Origin: Candidatus Limnocylindria bacterium
Lineage (GTDB): Bacteria; Chloroflexota; Limnocylindria; P2-11E
DNA length: 64,000 bases
Assembly (NCBI GenBank): GCA_035651155.1
Contig: DASRGG010000005.1
Span: 74,503-138,502, forward strand
Reading direction: 5' to 3'
This document shows positions 56,023 to 64,000 of this stretch, piece after piece. Position numbers and translations under genes: made by a program. Below the pieces are notes generated by a model. That model had not been told where the DNA came from, did not search any database, and saw only the letters and a list, made by a program, of their open reading frames with translations. How positions within the stretch are numbered: position 1 is the stretch's first letter; each line of letters starts with the position of its first letter.

Positions 56023-58592
56023 CGCTGGCGCTCGAGCGCACCGGGCCGAAGCCGCCGCCGGAGAAGCCGGAGGCCGAGGCGAGCCTCCTCGGCTCGATCC
56101 TCATCGACGCCCACGTCTACGAGGAGACCGTCCGCGGTCGCATCGCCCCGGCGGAGCTCTCGCGCGAGCCGCATCGTCTCGTGCTCGGCGCGATCGAACG
56201 CGTGTGGGAGCGCGGTGAGCCGCTGGGCTTCCAGAGCGTGCAGGCGGACCTCGCGGCGCGCGGCGAGCTCGACACGGTCGGCGGCGCGCAGTTCCTCGTC
56301 GGCCTCATGCAGAACGTCCCCACGGTCGCGCACGCCGAGACCTACGCGACGATCGTCGAGCGCACCGCCCTGCTGCGACGCCTCATCGGCGCGGCCAACG
56401 AGATCGCCCATCTCGCGCTGACGCGCGAGGACGCGAAGAGCGCGGTGGTGGACGCGCAGGAGCTGCTGTTCGCGGTGAGCGAGTCGAACCTGCACCGCGA
56501 CGTCGTGCCGCTCGATATCGCGCTGCGCCGCTTCGCCGATCAGATCAGCGCGCGCGCCGACGATCACCACGAGGGCCTCCCCACCGGCTTCGCCTCCCTC
56601 GACGCCAAGACCGGCGGCCTCCAGCGATCGGACCTCATCCTCCTCGCCGGACGCCCGGGCCTCGGAAAGACGAGCTTCGCGCTGAACATCGTGTGGAACG
56701 CCGCGGCCGCGGGAAAGACCTGCGCGATCTTCTCCCTGGAGATGAGCGAGATGCAGGTCGTGCAGCGCCTCATCTCGATGACCAGCGAGATCGACGGGAA
56801 CCGCATGCGACGCGGGCGGCTCTCGCCGCAGGAATTCGTGTCGATCTCCGACGCGTCGGACCGGCTGCAGAAGGCGCCGATCTACGTCGAGGAGTCGAGC
56901 CAGCTCACCGTGACCGACATCCTCGCGAAGTCCCGGCGGCTGCAGGCCGAGCGCGGACTCGACCTCCTGGTGATCGACTACCTCCAGCTCATCGAGGGCG
57001 CGGGCGACGACGAGAGCCGCGTGCTCGAGGTCGCGCGCATCAGCCGGTCGCTCAAGGCCATCGCGCGCGAGCTGCAGGTCCCGGTGCTCGCCCTCTCGCA
57101 GCTCTCGCGCCAGATCGAGACGCGCGGCACCGAGCCGATGCTGTCGGATCTGAGGGAATGCGTGACGGGTGACACGCGCGTGATCGACGCAACATCCGGA
57201 CACTGGGTGCCGGTGCGGTCCATCCGTCCTGGCACACGTATCGTCGCAGTCGACGCACGCCAGCGAACCGGCATCTTTGAGGTCGCGGATGTCTGGAGCA
57301 CCGGTCGGAAGCCGGTGTACAAGGTCACCTCGCAGAGCGGCAGGGTGATCCGCGCCACTGCGAACCATCCCTTTCTCACCTCGCAGGGGTGGCGGCCTCT
57401 CGCCGAGCTGGGGGAATCGGATCTCCTCATCGCCACAGCGATGCGTCTCCCTGATCACGGTACCGAACGCGATGAACGCGGCGACCTCTGCAGACTGCTC
57501 GGCTATCTGGTCGGCGATGGCACGTATCGCAAATGGGGGGCCGTGGGATTCATCTCCAGTGATCCGGCGACCTTCGACGACGTCGTCGACGTCGTCACCC
57601 GACGCTTCGCTGGTGTCACGCCACGAGTGAAACGGCACACGGAGGGCTATCGCGAGGTGGAGTTCCGGCGCCTCTACGACAACGGCTATGGCAAGCCTTA
57701 CGGGAATCCGCTACGCGAGTGGTTGCGCGAGCTCGGCCTTCATGGCCAAACGGATGAGCGAAAGCGTGTCCCGGACTTCGTCTTCGGAGCTGGTGTCGCG
57801 GGCGTCGCCGAGTTCATCGCGGGATATCTCGCCTCCGACGGCTGCGTGAAATCCCGTGAGGTGCCACACAAGCGCAGACGTTGGTCGATCCAGTTCGACA
57901 CCGTCAATCCTCTCCTGGCTGAGGACATCCAGGCCCTTCTCCTGCGCCTGGGCGTCACGGCAACGATCCGACCGGGCGCTTGGAACACGAAGAGCACGCA
58001 GCCGATCTATCGCATCGACGTCCATCAAACGTGGGTGAATCTGGCGCGCTTTGCGCGCCTCGTGCCTGTCCGCGGTCGGAAGGCGGCGCTTCTACAGGAG
58101 CTCCTCGCCGACCAGCCGATCCACGAGACTTCCCCCGGCGTCTATTCGCTACCGGCGGAGCTCAGCGTCCACTTGAAGCGACTGCAGCCCGGATGGAAGG
58201 ACCAGCACAAGCGCATGCGACGATCCACCGCGCTTGCCTGGGCGGAGCGCACTGATGACGAGCTACTGCGCGTGCATGCCGAGGGAGACCTCCTCTGGGA
58301 ACGCATCCGATCCGTCGTGCCGGAGGGGGAGGACGAGGTCTTCGACCTTCGCGTCCCGGGCAGCGGCAACTTCCTCGCGAACGGATTCGTCGTGCATAAC
58401 TCCGGGGCCCTCGAGGCCGACGCCGACCTCGTGATGTTCCTGTGGCAGAAGGACCGCAAGGACCGCGACGAGAGCGTGGTGCGGCTCAAGCTGGCCAAGC
58501 ACCGCAACGGTCCGACCGGCGACTTCGATCTGCACTTCCAGTCGGAGCTCACGCGCTTCCGCGATCTCGGGGAGACGCGCGCCGAGGTCTAG
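56019..58592 (+). CDS. dnaB: Replicative DNA helicase DnaB paralog 2, interrupted by a 414-aa intein with LAGLIDADG homing endonuclease
   Basis: MTLALERTGPKPPPEKPEAEASLLGSILID... Walker A GRPGLGKTSF. Intein inserted at the identical site (LSDLRE/CVTGDTRV ... FVVHN/SGALEADAD). Confidence 0.85.
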   Translation: MTLALERTGPKPPPEKPEAEASLLGSILIDAHVYEETVRGRIAPAELSREPHRLVLGAIERVWERGEPLGFQSVQADLAARGELDTVGGAQFLVGLMQNVPTVAHAETYATIVERTALLRRLIGAANEIAHLALTREDAKSAVVDAQELLFAVSESNLHRDVVPLDIALRRFADQISARADDHHEGLPTGFASLDAKTGGLQRSDLILLAGRPGLGKTSFALNIVWNAAAAGKTCAIFSLEMSEMQVVQRLISMTSEIDGNRMRRGRLSPQEFVSISDASDRLQKAPIYVEESSQLTVTDILAKSRRLQAERGLDLLVIDYLQLIEGAGDDESRVLEVARISRSLKAIARELQVPVLALSQLSRQIETRGTEPMLSDLRECVTGDTRVIDATSGHWVPVRSIRPGTRIVAVDARQRTGIFEVADVWSTGRKPVYKVTSQSGRVIRATANHPFLTSQGWRPLAELGESDLLIATAMRLPDHGTERDERGDLCRLLGYLVGDGTYRKWGAVGFISSDPATFDDVVDVVTRRFAGVTPRVKRHTEGYREVEFRRLYDNGYGKPYGNPLREWLRELGLHGQTDERKRVPDFVFGAGVAGVAEFIAGYLASDGCVKSREVPHKRRRWSIQFDTVNPLLAEDIQALLLRLGVTATIRPGAWNTKSTQPIYRIDVHQTWVNLARFARLVPVRGRKAALLQELLADQPIHETSPGVYSLPAELSVHLKRLQPGWKDQHKRMRRSTALAWAERTDDELLRVHAEGDLLWERIRSVVPEGEDEVFDLRVPGSGNFLANGFVVHNSGALEADADLVMFLWQKDRKDRDESVVRLKLAKHRNGPTGDFDLHFQSELTRFRDLGETRAEV
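57159..58400 (+). mobile_element. Full-length intein with LAGLIDADG homing-endonuclease domain in DnaB paralog 2
   Basis: Block A CVTGDTRV. Two LAGLIDADG motifs (LLGYLVGDGTY and IAGYLASDGCV). Block G VVHN followed by Ser. Confidence 0.75.
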
Positions 58593-60124
58593 CTCCGGTG
58601 AGCCACGCGGTTGCGGCCGGATTCCTTCGCCGCGTACAAACCGCGGTCGCCTGCGCGGAAGAGGTCGTCGGCGGTCCGGCCGTCTTCGGGATACGACGCG
58701 ATGCCCACGCTCACGGTCGCGTCGATCGTCTCGCCGGAGAGCGTCCGGTACCGCTGGCCGGCGACCGAGATGCGGAGGCGCTCCGCGGCCGCGAGCGCGT
58801 CCTTCGCGCCGGTGCGCGGCAGCACCACGACGAACTCGTCGCCACCGAAGCGCGCGAGGACGTCGGCGGTGCGCAGCGACGCGCGCATCGTCTCGGTGAG
58901 CCGCACGAGAAGGCGATTGCCCTCGGCGTGCCCGTAGCGGTCGTTCACCTGCTTCATGCAGTCGCCGTCGACGACGAGGAGCGAGACGTGGTCGTCATGC
59001 CGGCGCGCCGACTCGACCTCCTCCCGCAGCCGCTGCATGACGTGCCTGCTGTTGTACGCGCCGGTGAGCTCGTCGGTAACGGAGAGCCGGCGGATCTCCT
59101 CGTGCGCCTCCGCCGCCGCGATCGCGAGCGCGGCCTGGCTCGCGAGCGTGCGCGCGAAGCGGAAGTGATCGTCGGTGTACGACCGCACGCCCAGCTTCAC
59201 GGCGCGGGCGACGCCGACGAGGCGGTCCTCGACGAGGAGCGGGATCGCGATCGCGGACTTGGAGTGCGGCGGCGTGCCGTGGACGGCGCCCGGGCGCGGG
59301 TCGGCGCCGACGTCGTCGATGCGGACCGGCTCGCGGTGCAGCGCGGTCCATCCCACCAGGCCCTCGCCGAGCCGCAGTGGCATCGCGGCGAGGTTGCGCT
59401 CGTAGTCGGCGCCGTAGACGTCGGCGTTGAAGGAGAGCGCCGCCATGCGCAGGCGCTCGCTCCGCGCGTCCCAGAGGTACACCGCCACGGAGTCGGAGGT
59501 CGTGAGCTGCCGGAGCGACCCGCAGACCGAGTCGAGCGTCGCGGAAAGGTCGAGCGCGGCCGCGCGCTGCGCGACCTCGCTCACGGCCTGGAGCTCGGCG
59601 ATGTCCTTCTGCCGGCCCTGGTGCTGGCGCGCGTGCATGAGACCCATCGCGAGGAGACGCGCGTACGCGACCAGCAGCTGCTCGTCGGCGGGCGAGAACG
59701 CCGCGACCTGGTCGCTCTCGATCCCGAGGACGCCGAGAGCGCGCCCGGCGGCGGCGATCGGGACGCAGATCTCCGAGCGGCACGACGGCAGGACCGGGAT
59801 GTAACGGTCGTCCGCGAGGACGTCGGGGACGTTCACGACGCGGCCGCTCGTGAAGCAGGCGCCCGAGACGCCCGCGTCGTCGCGCGCCCGGAAGCCGCCG
59901 GCCGACACGACCTCCGTGAGCGGCCCGGCGAATGCCGCCGTGTACAGCTCCCCGTGCTGATCGTCGTGGAGCAGGACGTAGCGCGCGCCGTACCCGTACG
60001 GATCGCCGAGCAGATCCGTCGCGAGCGCGAGCAGCTTCTGCTCGTCGCTCGCCGCGACGAGCAGCTGCTCGGCGGTGCGCACGAGCAGGTCGATGTCCGC
60101 GCGCGTTCCGTTCGGGACCGTCAT
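58589..60124 (-). CDS. Diguanylate cyclase with tandem GAF sensor domains (GAF-GAF-GGDEF)
   Basis: Two GAF-like regions, then LTGAYNSRH...RFGGDEFVVVL...GRNRV, the GGDEF active-site motif. Convergent with dnaB2, the stops overlapping by 4 nt. Confidence 0.85.
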   Translation of the reverse strand: MTVPNGTRADIDLLVRTAEQLLVAASDEQKLLALATDLLGDPYGYGARYVLLHDDQHGELYTAAFAGPLTEVVSAGGFRARDDAGVSGACFTSGRVVNVPDVLADDRYIPVLPSCRSEICVPIAAAGRALGVLGIESDQVAAFSPADEQLLVAYARLLAMGLMHARQHQGRQKDIAELQAVSEVAQRAAALDLSATLDSVCGSLRQLTTSDSVAVYLWDARSERLRMAALSFNADVYGADYERNLAAMPLRLGEGLVGWTALHREPVRIDDVGADPRPGAVHGTPPHSKSAIAIPLLVEDRLVGVARAVKLGVRSYTDDHFRFARTLASQAALAIAAAEAHEEIRRLSVTDELTGAYNSRHVMQRLREEVESARRHDDHVSLLVVDGDCMKQVNDRYGHAEGNRLLVRLTETMRASLRTADVLARFGGDEFVVVLPRTGAKDALAAAERLRISVAGQRYRTLSGETIDATVSVGIASYPEDGRTADDLFRAGDRGLYAAKESGRNRVAHRS

Positions 60125-60128
60125 CGCG

Positions 60129-60176
60129 GACGACCGTAGGCGCGGGTCGCGCCGCGGACAATGCCACGGTCGTCCT
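60129..60176 (-). other. 10-bp perfect inverted repeat (GGACGACCGT...ACGGTCGTCC) with nested GC palindrome, between rplI stop and the GGDEF gene start
   Basis: On the minus-strand transcript the 3' arm ends 3 nt before the GGDEF ATG, so it would occlude any ribosome-binding site. It could equally be the rplI terminator. Confidence 0.3.
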
Positions 60177-60230
60177 ACTTCGCGAGCACTACCCCGAAGG
60201 TCATACTCGTGACGCCCGACGGGTGAGTGT

Positions 60231-60677
60231 TCAGGCGGGCTCGACCGCGATCGTCACCTTCGCGCGCACGTCGGGCAGGAGCCGGATCTCCACCTCGTGC
60301 GCGCCGATCGTCTTCAGCGGCTCGGCGACGACGATCGCGGTCCGGTCGATGTCGATGCGGTGCTCGCGCTTCAGCGCGTCGGCGATGTCCTTGTTCGTGA
60401 CCGACCCGAAGGTCTTCCCCTGCTCGCCGGCCTTCAGATGGAAGACGAGCCGCAGCGAGGCGAGCTTCTCCGCGAGGGCCAGGGCGTCCGCGTGCGCGCG
60501 GTCCTTCTTGACCTTCTGGGCCTGACGCTCCTGGGCGAGGCGCTTCAGCTCGCCGGCGGTCGCCTCGACGGCGAGGCCCCGCGGGAGGAGGAAGTTCTGG
60601 GCGTAGCCGTCGGCGACGTCCTTCACGTCGCCGGGGCGACCGAGGCCGCGGACCTCGCGCTTCAGGATCACGCGCAT
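60231..60677 (-). CDS. rplI: 50S ribosomal protein L9
   Basis: MRVILKREVRGLGRPGDVKDVADGYAQNFLLPRGLA... 148 aa. The upstream 38 codons of the track ORF are artefact. Confidence 0.85.
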   Translation of the reverse strand: MRVILKREVRGLGRPGDVKDVADGYAQNFLLPRGLAVEATAGELKRLAQERQAQKVKKDRAHADALALAEKLASLRLVFHLKAGEQGKTFGSVTNKDIADALKREHRIDIDRTAIVVAEPLKTIGAHEVEIRLLPDVRAKVTIAVEPA

Positions 60678-60687
60678 GCGGGTCTGG

Positions 60688-60873
60688 CTAGGTGGTGGAC
60701 GGCGTGGTGGGCTCGGCGAGCTGACCGCTCTGCTCGCTCTTGCGGAGCTCCATCTCCCACGCGAGGACCGATGCCGCGACGGCGACGACACCCATGACCG
60801 TGAGCGCGCCGATGATCGCGAGCAGCGCCTCGATCGCGCCGAAGAGACCGCCGCCCGAATCGCGATCGCTCAT
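60688..60873 (-). CDS. Small hypothetical membrane protein (61 aa, one TM segment)
   Basis: GLFGAIEALLAIIGALTVMGVVAVAASVLAW. Start overlaps the upstream DUF1232 gene stop. Weak evidence. Confidence 0.3.
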   Translation of the reverse strand: MSDRDSGGGLFGAIEALLAIIGALTVMGVVAVAASVLAWEMELRKSEQSGQLAEPTTPSTT

Positions 60874-61292
60874 TCGTCACCCCCTTGTTCCCGCTTCGCG
60901 CGAAGCCGTTCCAGCGTAGCGCGAAGCTCGCTCGCACGACCCGCGAGGAGCGAGCCGGCCGCGTCGATGTCCTTCGTGAGCGTGTCGGCGTTGGCCGCGA
61001 TGCGTGCCATGTGCTCCTCGACGACGTCCGGCGGCGCGTTGCGGATGAACCAGTCGAGGCCGAGGACGAGCACCGCGATGTCGTCGAGCTGGCCGATCAC
61101 CGGGATGAAGTCCGGGATGATGTCGAGCGGGAACGCGAGGTACGCCGCCAGCGCGCCGAGGACGGCCTTCTGCGACATCGGGACGCGCGGATCGCGCGCG
61201 AGCGCCCACACCAGACGCGCATATGCCGGCAGCTTCTTGACCGTGTCGACGGCCTCGTTCACGCTCCGCGGACGCTGGATCCCTCTAGCCAC
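60870..61292 (-). CDS. YkvA/DUF1232-family membrane protein
   Basis: LPAYARLVWALARDPRVPMSQKAVLGALAAYLAFPLDIIPDFIPVIGQLDDIAVLVLGL is the DUF1232 signature. Confidence 0.6.
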   Translation of the reverse strand: MARGIQRPRSVNEAVDTVKKLPAYARLVWALARDPRVPMSQKAVLGALAAYLAFPLDIIPDFIPVIGQLDDIAVLVLGLDWFIRNAPPDVVEEHMARIAANADTLTKDIDAAGSLLAGRASELRATLERLRAKREQGGDE

Positions 61293-62076
61293 CGTGGACT
61301 TCCCCCTGCGGGAACCGTGCCCGCAGCGCGCGTACGGCGGCCGACGACACCGCGTCGCGGTCCGCAGCCCAGAACGACACGAGGTAATGCGCCTTTCCGT
61401 CGGACACGCTCCGGAGCTCGACGGACGGCTTTGGGTCGGCGCTGATCCCGGGAAGGTCGGCGAGGGCCGCGCGGATCTCGTCCGCGGCGGTCGGCCGCTC
61501 GCCGTCGTCGACGACGAGCCAGAGCGTGCCGCGACGCGTCGGGAAGCGCGTCATGTTCACGACCGACGCGTTCATGAACACGCCGTTCGGCACGATGACC
61601 TCGCGGTTGTCCGGGGTCCTCAGCATCGTCGTGCGGAACGCGATCTCCTCGACGACGCCGGATTGACCGGCGACCTCGATCGTGTCCCCGATGCGGAAGG
61701 GCCGCTCGACCAGGACCCAGATGCCGGCGAAGAAGTTCTTGAGGATGTCCTGCAGCGACAGCCCGACGACGATGCCGAGCACGCTGAACGAGGTGAGGAT
61801 CCAGCCGAACGCGTCGCGGGTGTAGATCGCGAGCACCCCGAGGGCGCCCACCAGGATCACGACGACCTGCGCGAGGTTCCCGAGGAGGATCGTGACGTTC
61901 GCCTGGGCTCGGCTCCGCGCGAGCACGCGCATCGTGGTCCGCCGGACCGCCCGGGCGAGCAGCAGGGCCACCACGGCGACGAGCAGGGCCCAGATCGTCC
62001 GGGTCGCGTAGTCGACGAGCAGCGCGGAATCCAGCGGCATGGGTCGAATCATGCCCCGCACTTGACAGGAGAACAT
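61285..62076 (-). CDS. Mechanosensitive ion channel, MscS family
   Basis: TM helices followed by ILKNFFAGIWVLVERPFRIGDTIEVAGQSGVVEEIAFRTTMLRTPDNREVIVPN, the MscS beta-domain signature. Confidence 0.7.
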   Translation of the reverse strand: MFSCQVRGMIRPMPLDSALLVDYATRTIWALLVAVVALLLARAVRRTTMRVLARSRAQANVTILLGNLAQVVVILVGALGVLAIYTRDAFGWILTSFSVLGIVVGLSLQDILKNFFAGIWVLVERPFRIGDTIEVAGQSGVVEEIAFRTTMLRTPDNREVIVPNGVFMNASVVNMTRFPTRRGTLWLVVDDGERPTAADEIRAALADLPGISADPKPSVELRSVSDGKAHYLVSFWAADRDAVSSAAVRALRARFPQGEVHGG

Positions 62077-62090
62077 CCGTTCGGTATGGT
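62062..62090 (+). promoter_or_regulatory. lexA promoter with LexA operator (Cheo/Gram-positive-type GAAC-N4-GTTC box)
   Basis: TTGACA(-35)-ggaGAACATCCGTTCgg-TATGGT(-10), 7 nt before the GTG of lexA. The box sits in the spacer, as expected for autoregulation. Confidence 0.55.
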
Positions 62091-62096
62091 GCCAGC

Positions 62097-62705
62097 GTGA
62101 CGAAGCAGGACCAGCAGCGAGCCGAGCGGATCCTCGAGTTCATCCGCGAGCGCATCTCGGAGCAGGGCTACCCCCCGACGGTGCGCGAGATCGCGGAGGC
62201 GGTCGGCCTCGCGTCGACCTCGGCGGTGCATCACCACCTGCTCAAGCTCGAGCGGGAGGGCAGGCTCCAGAAGGACGCGACGCGCTCGCGCGCGCTCGCG
62301 ATACCGGGTTCGCTCGGCGGTCGGGTCGTCCAGGCGCCCATCGTCGGCGAGATCGCCGCCGGGGAGCCCATCTACGCGTACGAGAACAAGGACGAGCATC
62401 TCTCGATCCCCGGCGAGCTGGCCGGCCGCGGCAAGGACACCTTCGTGCTGCGCGTGCGCGGCAAGTCGATGATCGAGGACCACATCGACGACGGCGACTA
62501 CGTCGTCGTGCAGTCGCAGTCGACGGCGCGCGACGGTGACATCGTGGTGGCGCTCCTCGAGGACAGCCGCGCGACGCTGAAGCGCTTCTTCCGCGAGAAG
62601 GACCGCGTGCGCCTGCAGCCGGCCAACGGTCAGATGCAGCCCATCTACACGCGGGACATCCAGATCCAAGGAAAAGTGATCGGCGTCATCCGCCGGCTCG
62701 CGTAG
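62097..62705 (+). CDS. lexA: SOS repressor LexA
   Basis: GTG start. Winged HTH (TVREIAEAVGLASTSAVHHHLLKLEREG), cleavage site AGEP (Ala-Gly), and the S24 peptidase Ser/Lys pair (GKSM...RLQPAN). Confidence 0.9.
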   Translation: MTKQDQQRAERILEFIRERISEQGYPPTVREIAEAVGLASTSAVHHHLLKLEREGRLQKDATRSRALAIPGSLGGRVVQAPIVGEIAAGEPIYAYENKDEHLSIPGELAGRGKDTFVLRVRGKSMIEDHIDDGDYVVVQSQSTARDGDIVVALLEDSRATLKRFFREKDRVRLQPANGQMQPIYTRDIQIQGKVIGVIRRLA

Positions 62706-63000
62706 TGGCTCGGCGGGCGCCAGGCGCAGTCGGCGCCCTCGCCCTACGTGGCGCTCTGGTCGCGTCTCGCTGACTTCGAGCGCGAGCGGCTCACGAAGCC
62801 GATCGACCGCGGCAACGTGCGCGACGCTGGAAGGGCACTTCGGCGCGTGGCGACCGCCGGGTGGTCCGGCGCTCGCGGATCTCGCGAAGATACCTGCCGA
62901 GGAGCGCGGCGAAGGACGAGCGTCTCCGCGGCTGGCTCCTCTTCGCCCAAGAAGCAGGTCATCTTCTCGGCCGTGCTGACGCCGCCTGAGCTCGATCGCG

Positions 63001-64000
63001 CGAAGATCGCGTGAGCGCCGCGCCCGCGGAGCGCCGCGCGATCCTCCACTGCGACCTCGACGCGTTCTACGCGTCGGTCGAGCAGCGCGACCATCCGGAG
63101 CTCCGCGGGAAGCCCGTCATCGTCGGCGGCGGTCCGAACGATCGCGGCGTGGTGAGCGCGGCCTCGTACGAGGCGCGCGCCTTCGGCGTGCACTCGGCGA
63201 TGCCGCTGCGCACCGCGTCGCGCCTCTGCCCCGGCGCCATCTTCGTGCCCGGCGATCGCGAGCGCTACGAGGAGGCGTCCGACGCGGTCATGGCGCTCTT
63301 CGCCGAGCGGACGCCGCTCGTGCAGCCGATCTCGCTCGACGAAGCGTTCCTCGACGTCACCGCCACGGAGCACCTCTTCGGCGGCGCGATCGCGATCGCG
63401 CGCCGGCTCAAGGCGGACGCGCGCGAGAAGCTCGGTCTCGTCCTGTCCGTGGGTGTCGCGTCGAACAAGCTGTGCGCGAAGATCGGCTCCGACCTGCGCA
63501 AGCCCGACGGCCTCGTGATCGTCCCGCACGGCGAGGAGCGCGCGTTCCTGGCGCCGCTCGAGCTCTCGCGCCTCTGGGGCGTCGGCCCGAAGACGCGCGA
63601 GCTCCTCGAAGGCTGGGGCATGCGCACCATCGGCGATCTCGCGAGCGCCGACGTCGCGACCCTCGAAGCGCGGCTCGGGGAGCACGGCCGCTCGATTTGG
63701 GAGCGCGCGAACGGGATCGACGACGAGGCCGTCGAGCCCGACATGGCGCCGAAATCGGTCGGACACGAGCACACCTTCGATCGCGACACCCTCGATCTGG
63801 TGACGATCGAGGGGACGCTGCTGCGGCTTTCCGAGGGCGTGGGCCGGCGATCGCGCGACCAGGATCTCCGAGGTCGCACGATCACGCTGAAGCTACGCGT
63901 GGCGCCATTCGACACACGCTCGCGACAGCGGACGCTCGCGACGGCGACGAACGACGACCTCTCGATCTATCGCGTGGGGCGGCAGCTGCTGCGCGAAGCG
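63001..64000 (+). CDS. dinB: DNA polymerase IV DinB (Y-family), 5' portion; continues beyond window
   Basis: GTG start. ILHCDLDAFYASVEQ (catalytic Asp), SLDEAFLDVT (Asp/Glu), little-finger region beginning. Not in the ORF track because there is no stop within the window. Confidence 0.85.

Noticed and set aside
62748-63014. 88-aa plus-strand ORF between lexA and dinB
   Set aside because: No recognisable fold. Partly low complexity (SVSAAGSSSPKK). It ends inside the dinB start. Treated as non-coding leader, though a small leader peptide cannot be excluded.

Overview
High-GC (about 70%+) bacterial chromosomal segment with dense coding on both strands. The six-frame track contains many long Arg/Ala-rich artefact ORFs, which I excluded on protein-sequence grounds. 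Left to right the window holds six blocks. (1) An ECF-sigma-controlled envelope cluster on the minus strand, 264-10997, comprising a 4-repeat secreted protein, a small CarboxypepD_reg-like protein, an ECF sigma factor, an anti-sigma factor with duplicated zinc-finger motifs and a beta-propeller, a Big_1-repeat secreted protein, and an O-antigen-ligase/TPR fusion; a HEPN/MNT pair on the opposite strand sits between sigma and anti-sigma. (2) A toxin-antitoxin patch at 11.0-12.1 kb (RelE/ParE-like toxin, orphan VapC) and a VapBC pair at 16.9-17.6 kb. (3) A cell-wall remodelling locus at 12.2-27.2 kb. It carries three secreted hydrolases (Amidase_2/PGRP, SpoIID/LytB, S8 subtilisin), each fused to tandem four-tryptophan (FW/NBR1-like) repeats. 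A Kelch beta-propeller gene is translationally coupled to the amidase, and mreC, mreB and an NlpC/P60 peptidase follow. (4) A RadC-like gene, a GDP-mannose dehydratase gene and a Fic gene. (5) A purine-biosynthesis supercluster at 30.7-52.4 kb in the order purA, guaB-like, guaA, purD, purE, purB, purC, purS, purQ, purL, purF, purM, purN. It is interrupted by a SipW/TasA-like operon, a roughly 2 kb island containing an IS transposase remnant, and a fused nucleotidyltransferase-HEPN gene between purQ and purL; a Fic gene follows purN in the same frame. (6) Two tandem, translationally coupled dnaB paralogs, each carrying an intein at the same site (one mini-intein, one with a LAGLIDADG endonuclease). 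The first is preceded by a LexA-box-like palindrome. Then come a GAF-GGDEF cyclase, rplI, an MscS channel, lexA with its own operator, and the 5' part of dinB. No rRNA, tRNA or CRISPR array was recognised. Small-motif coordinates are approximate (about +/-2 nt).
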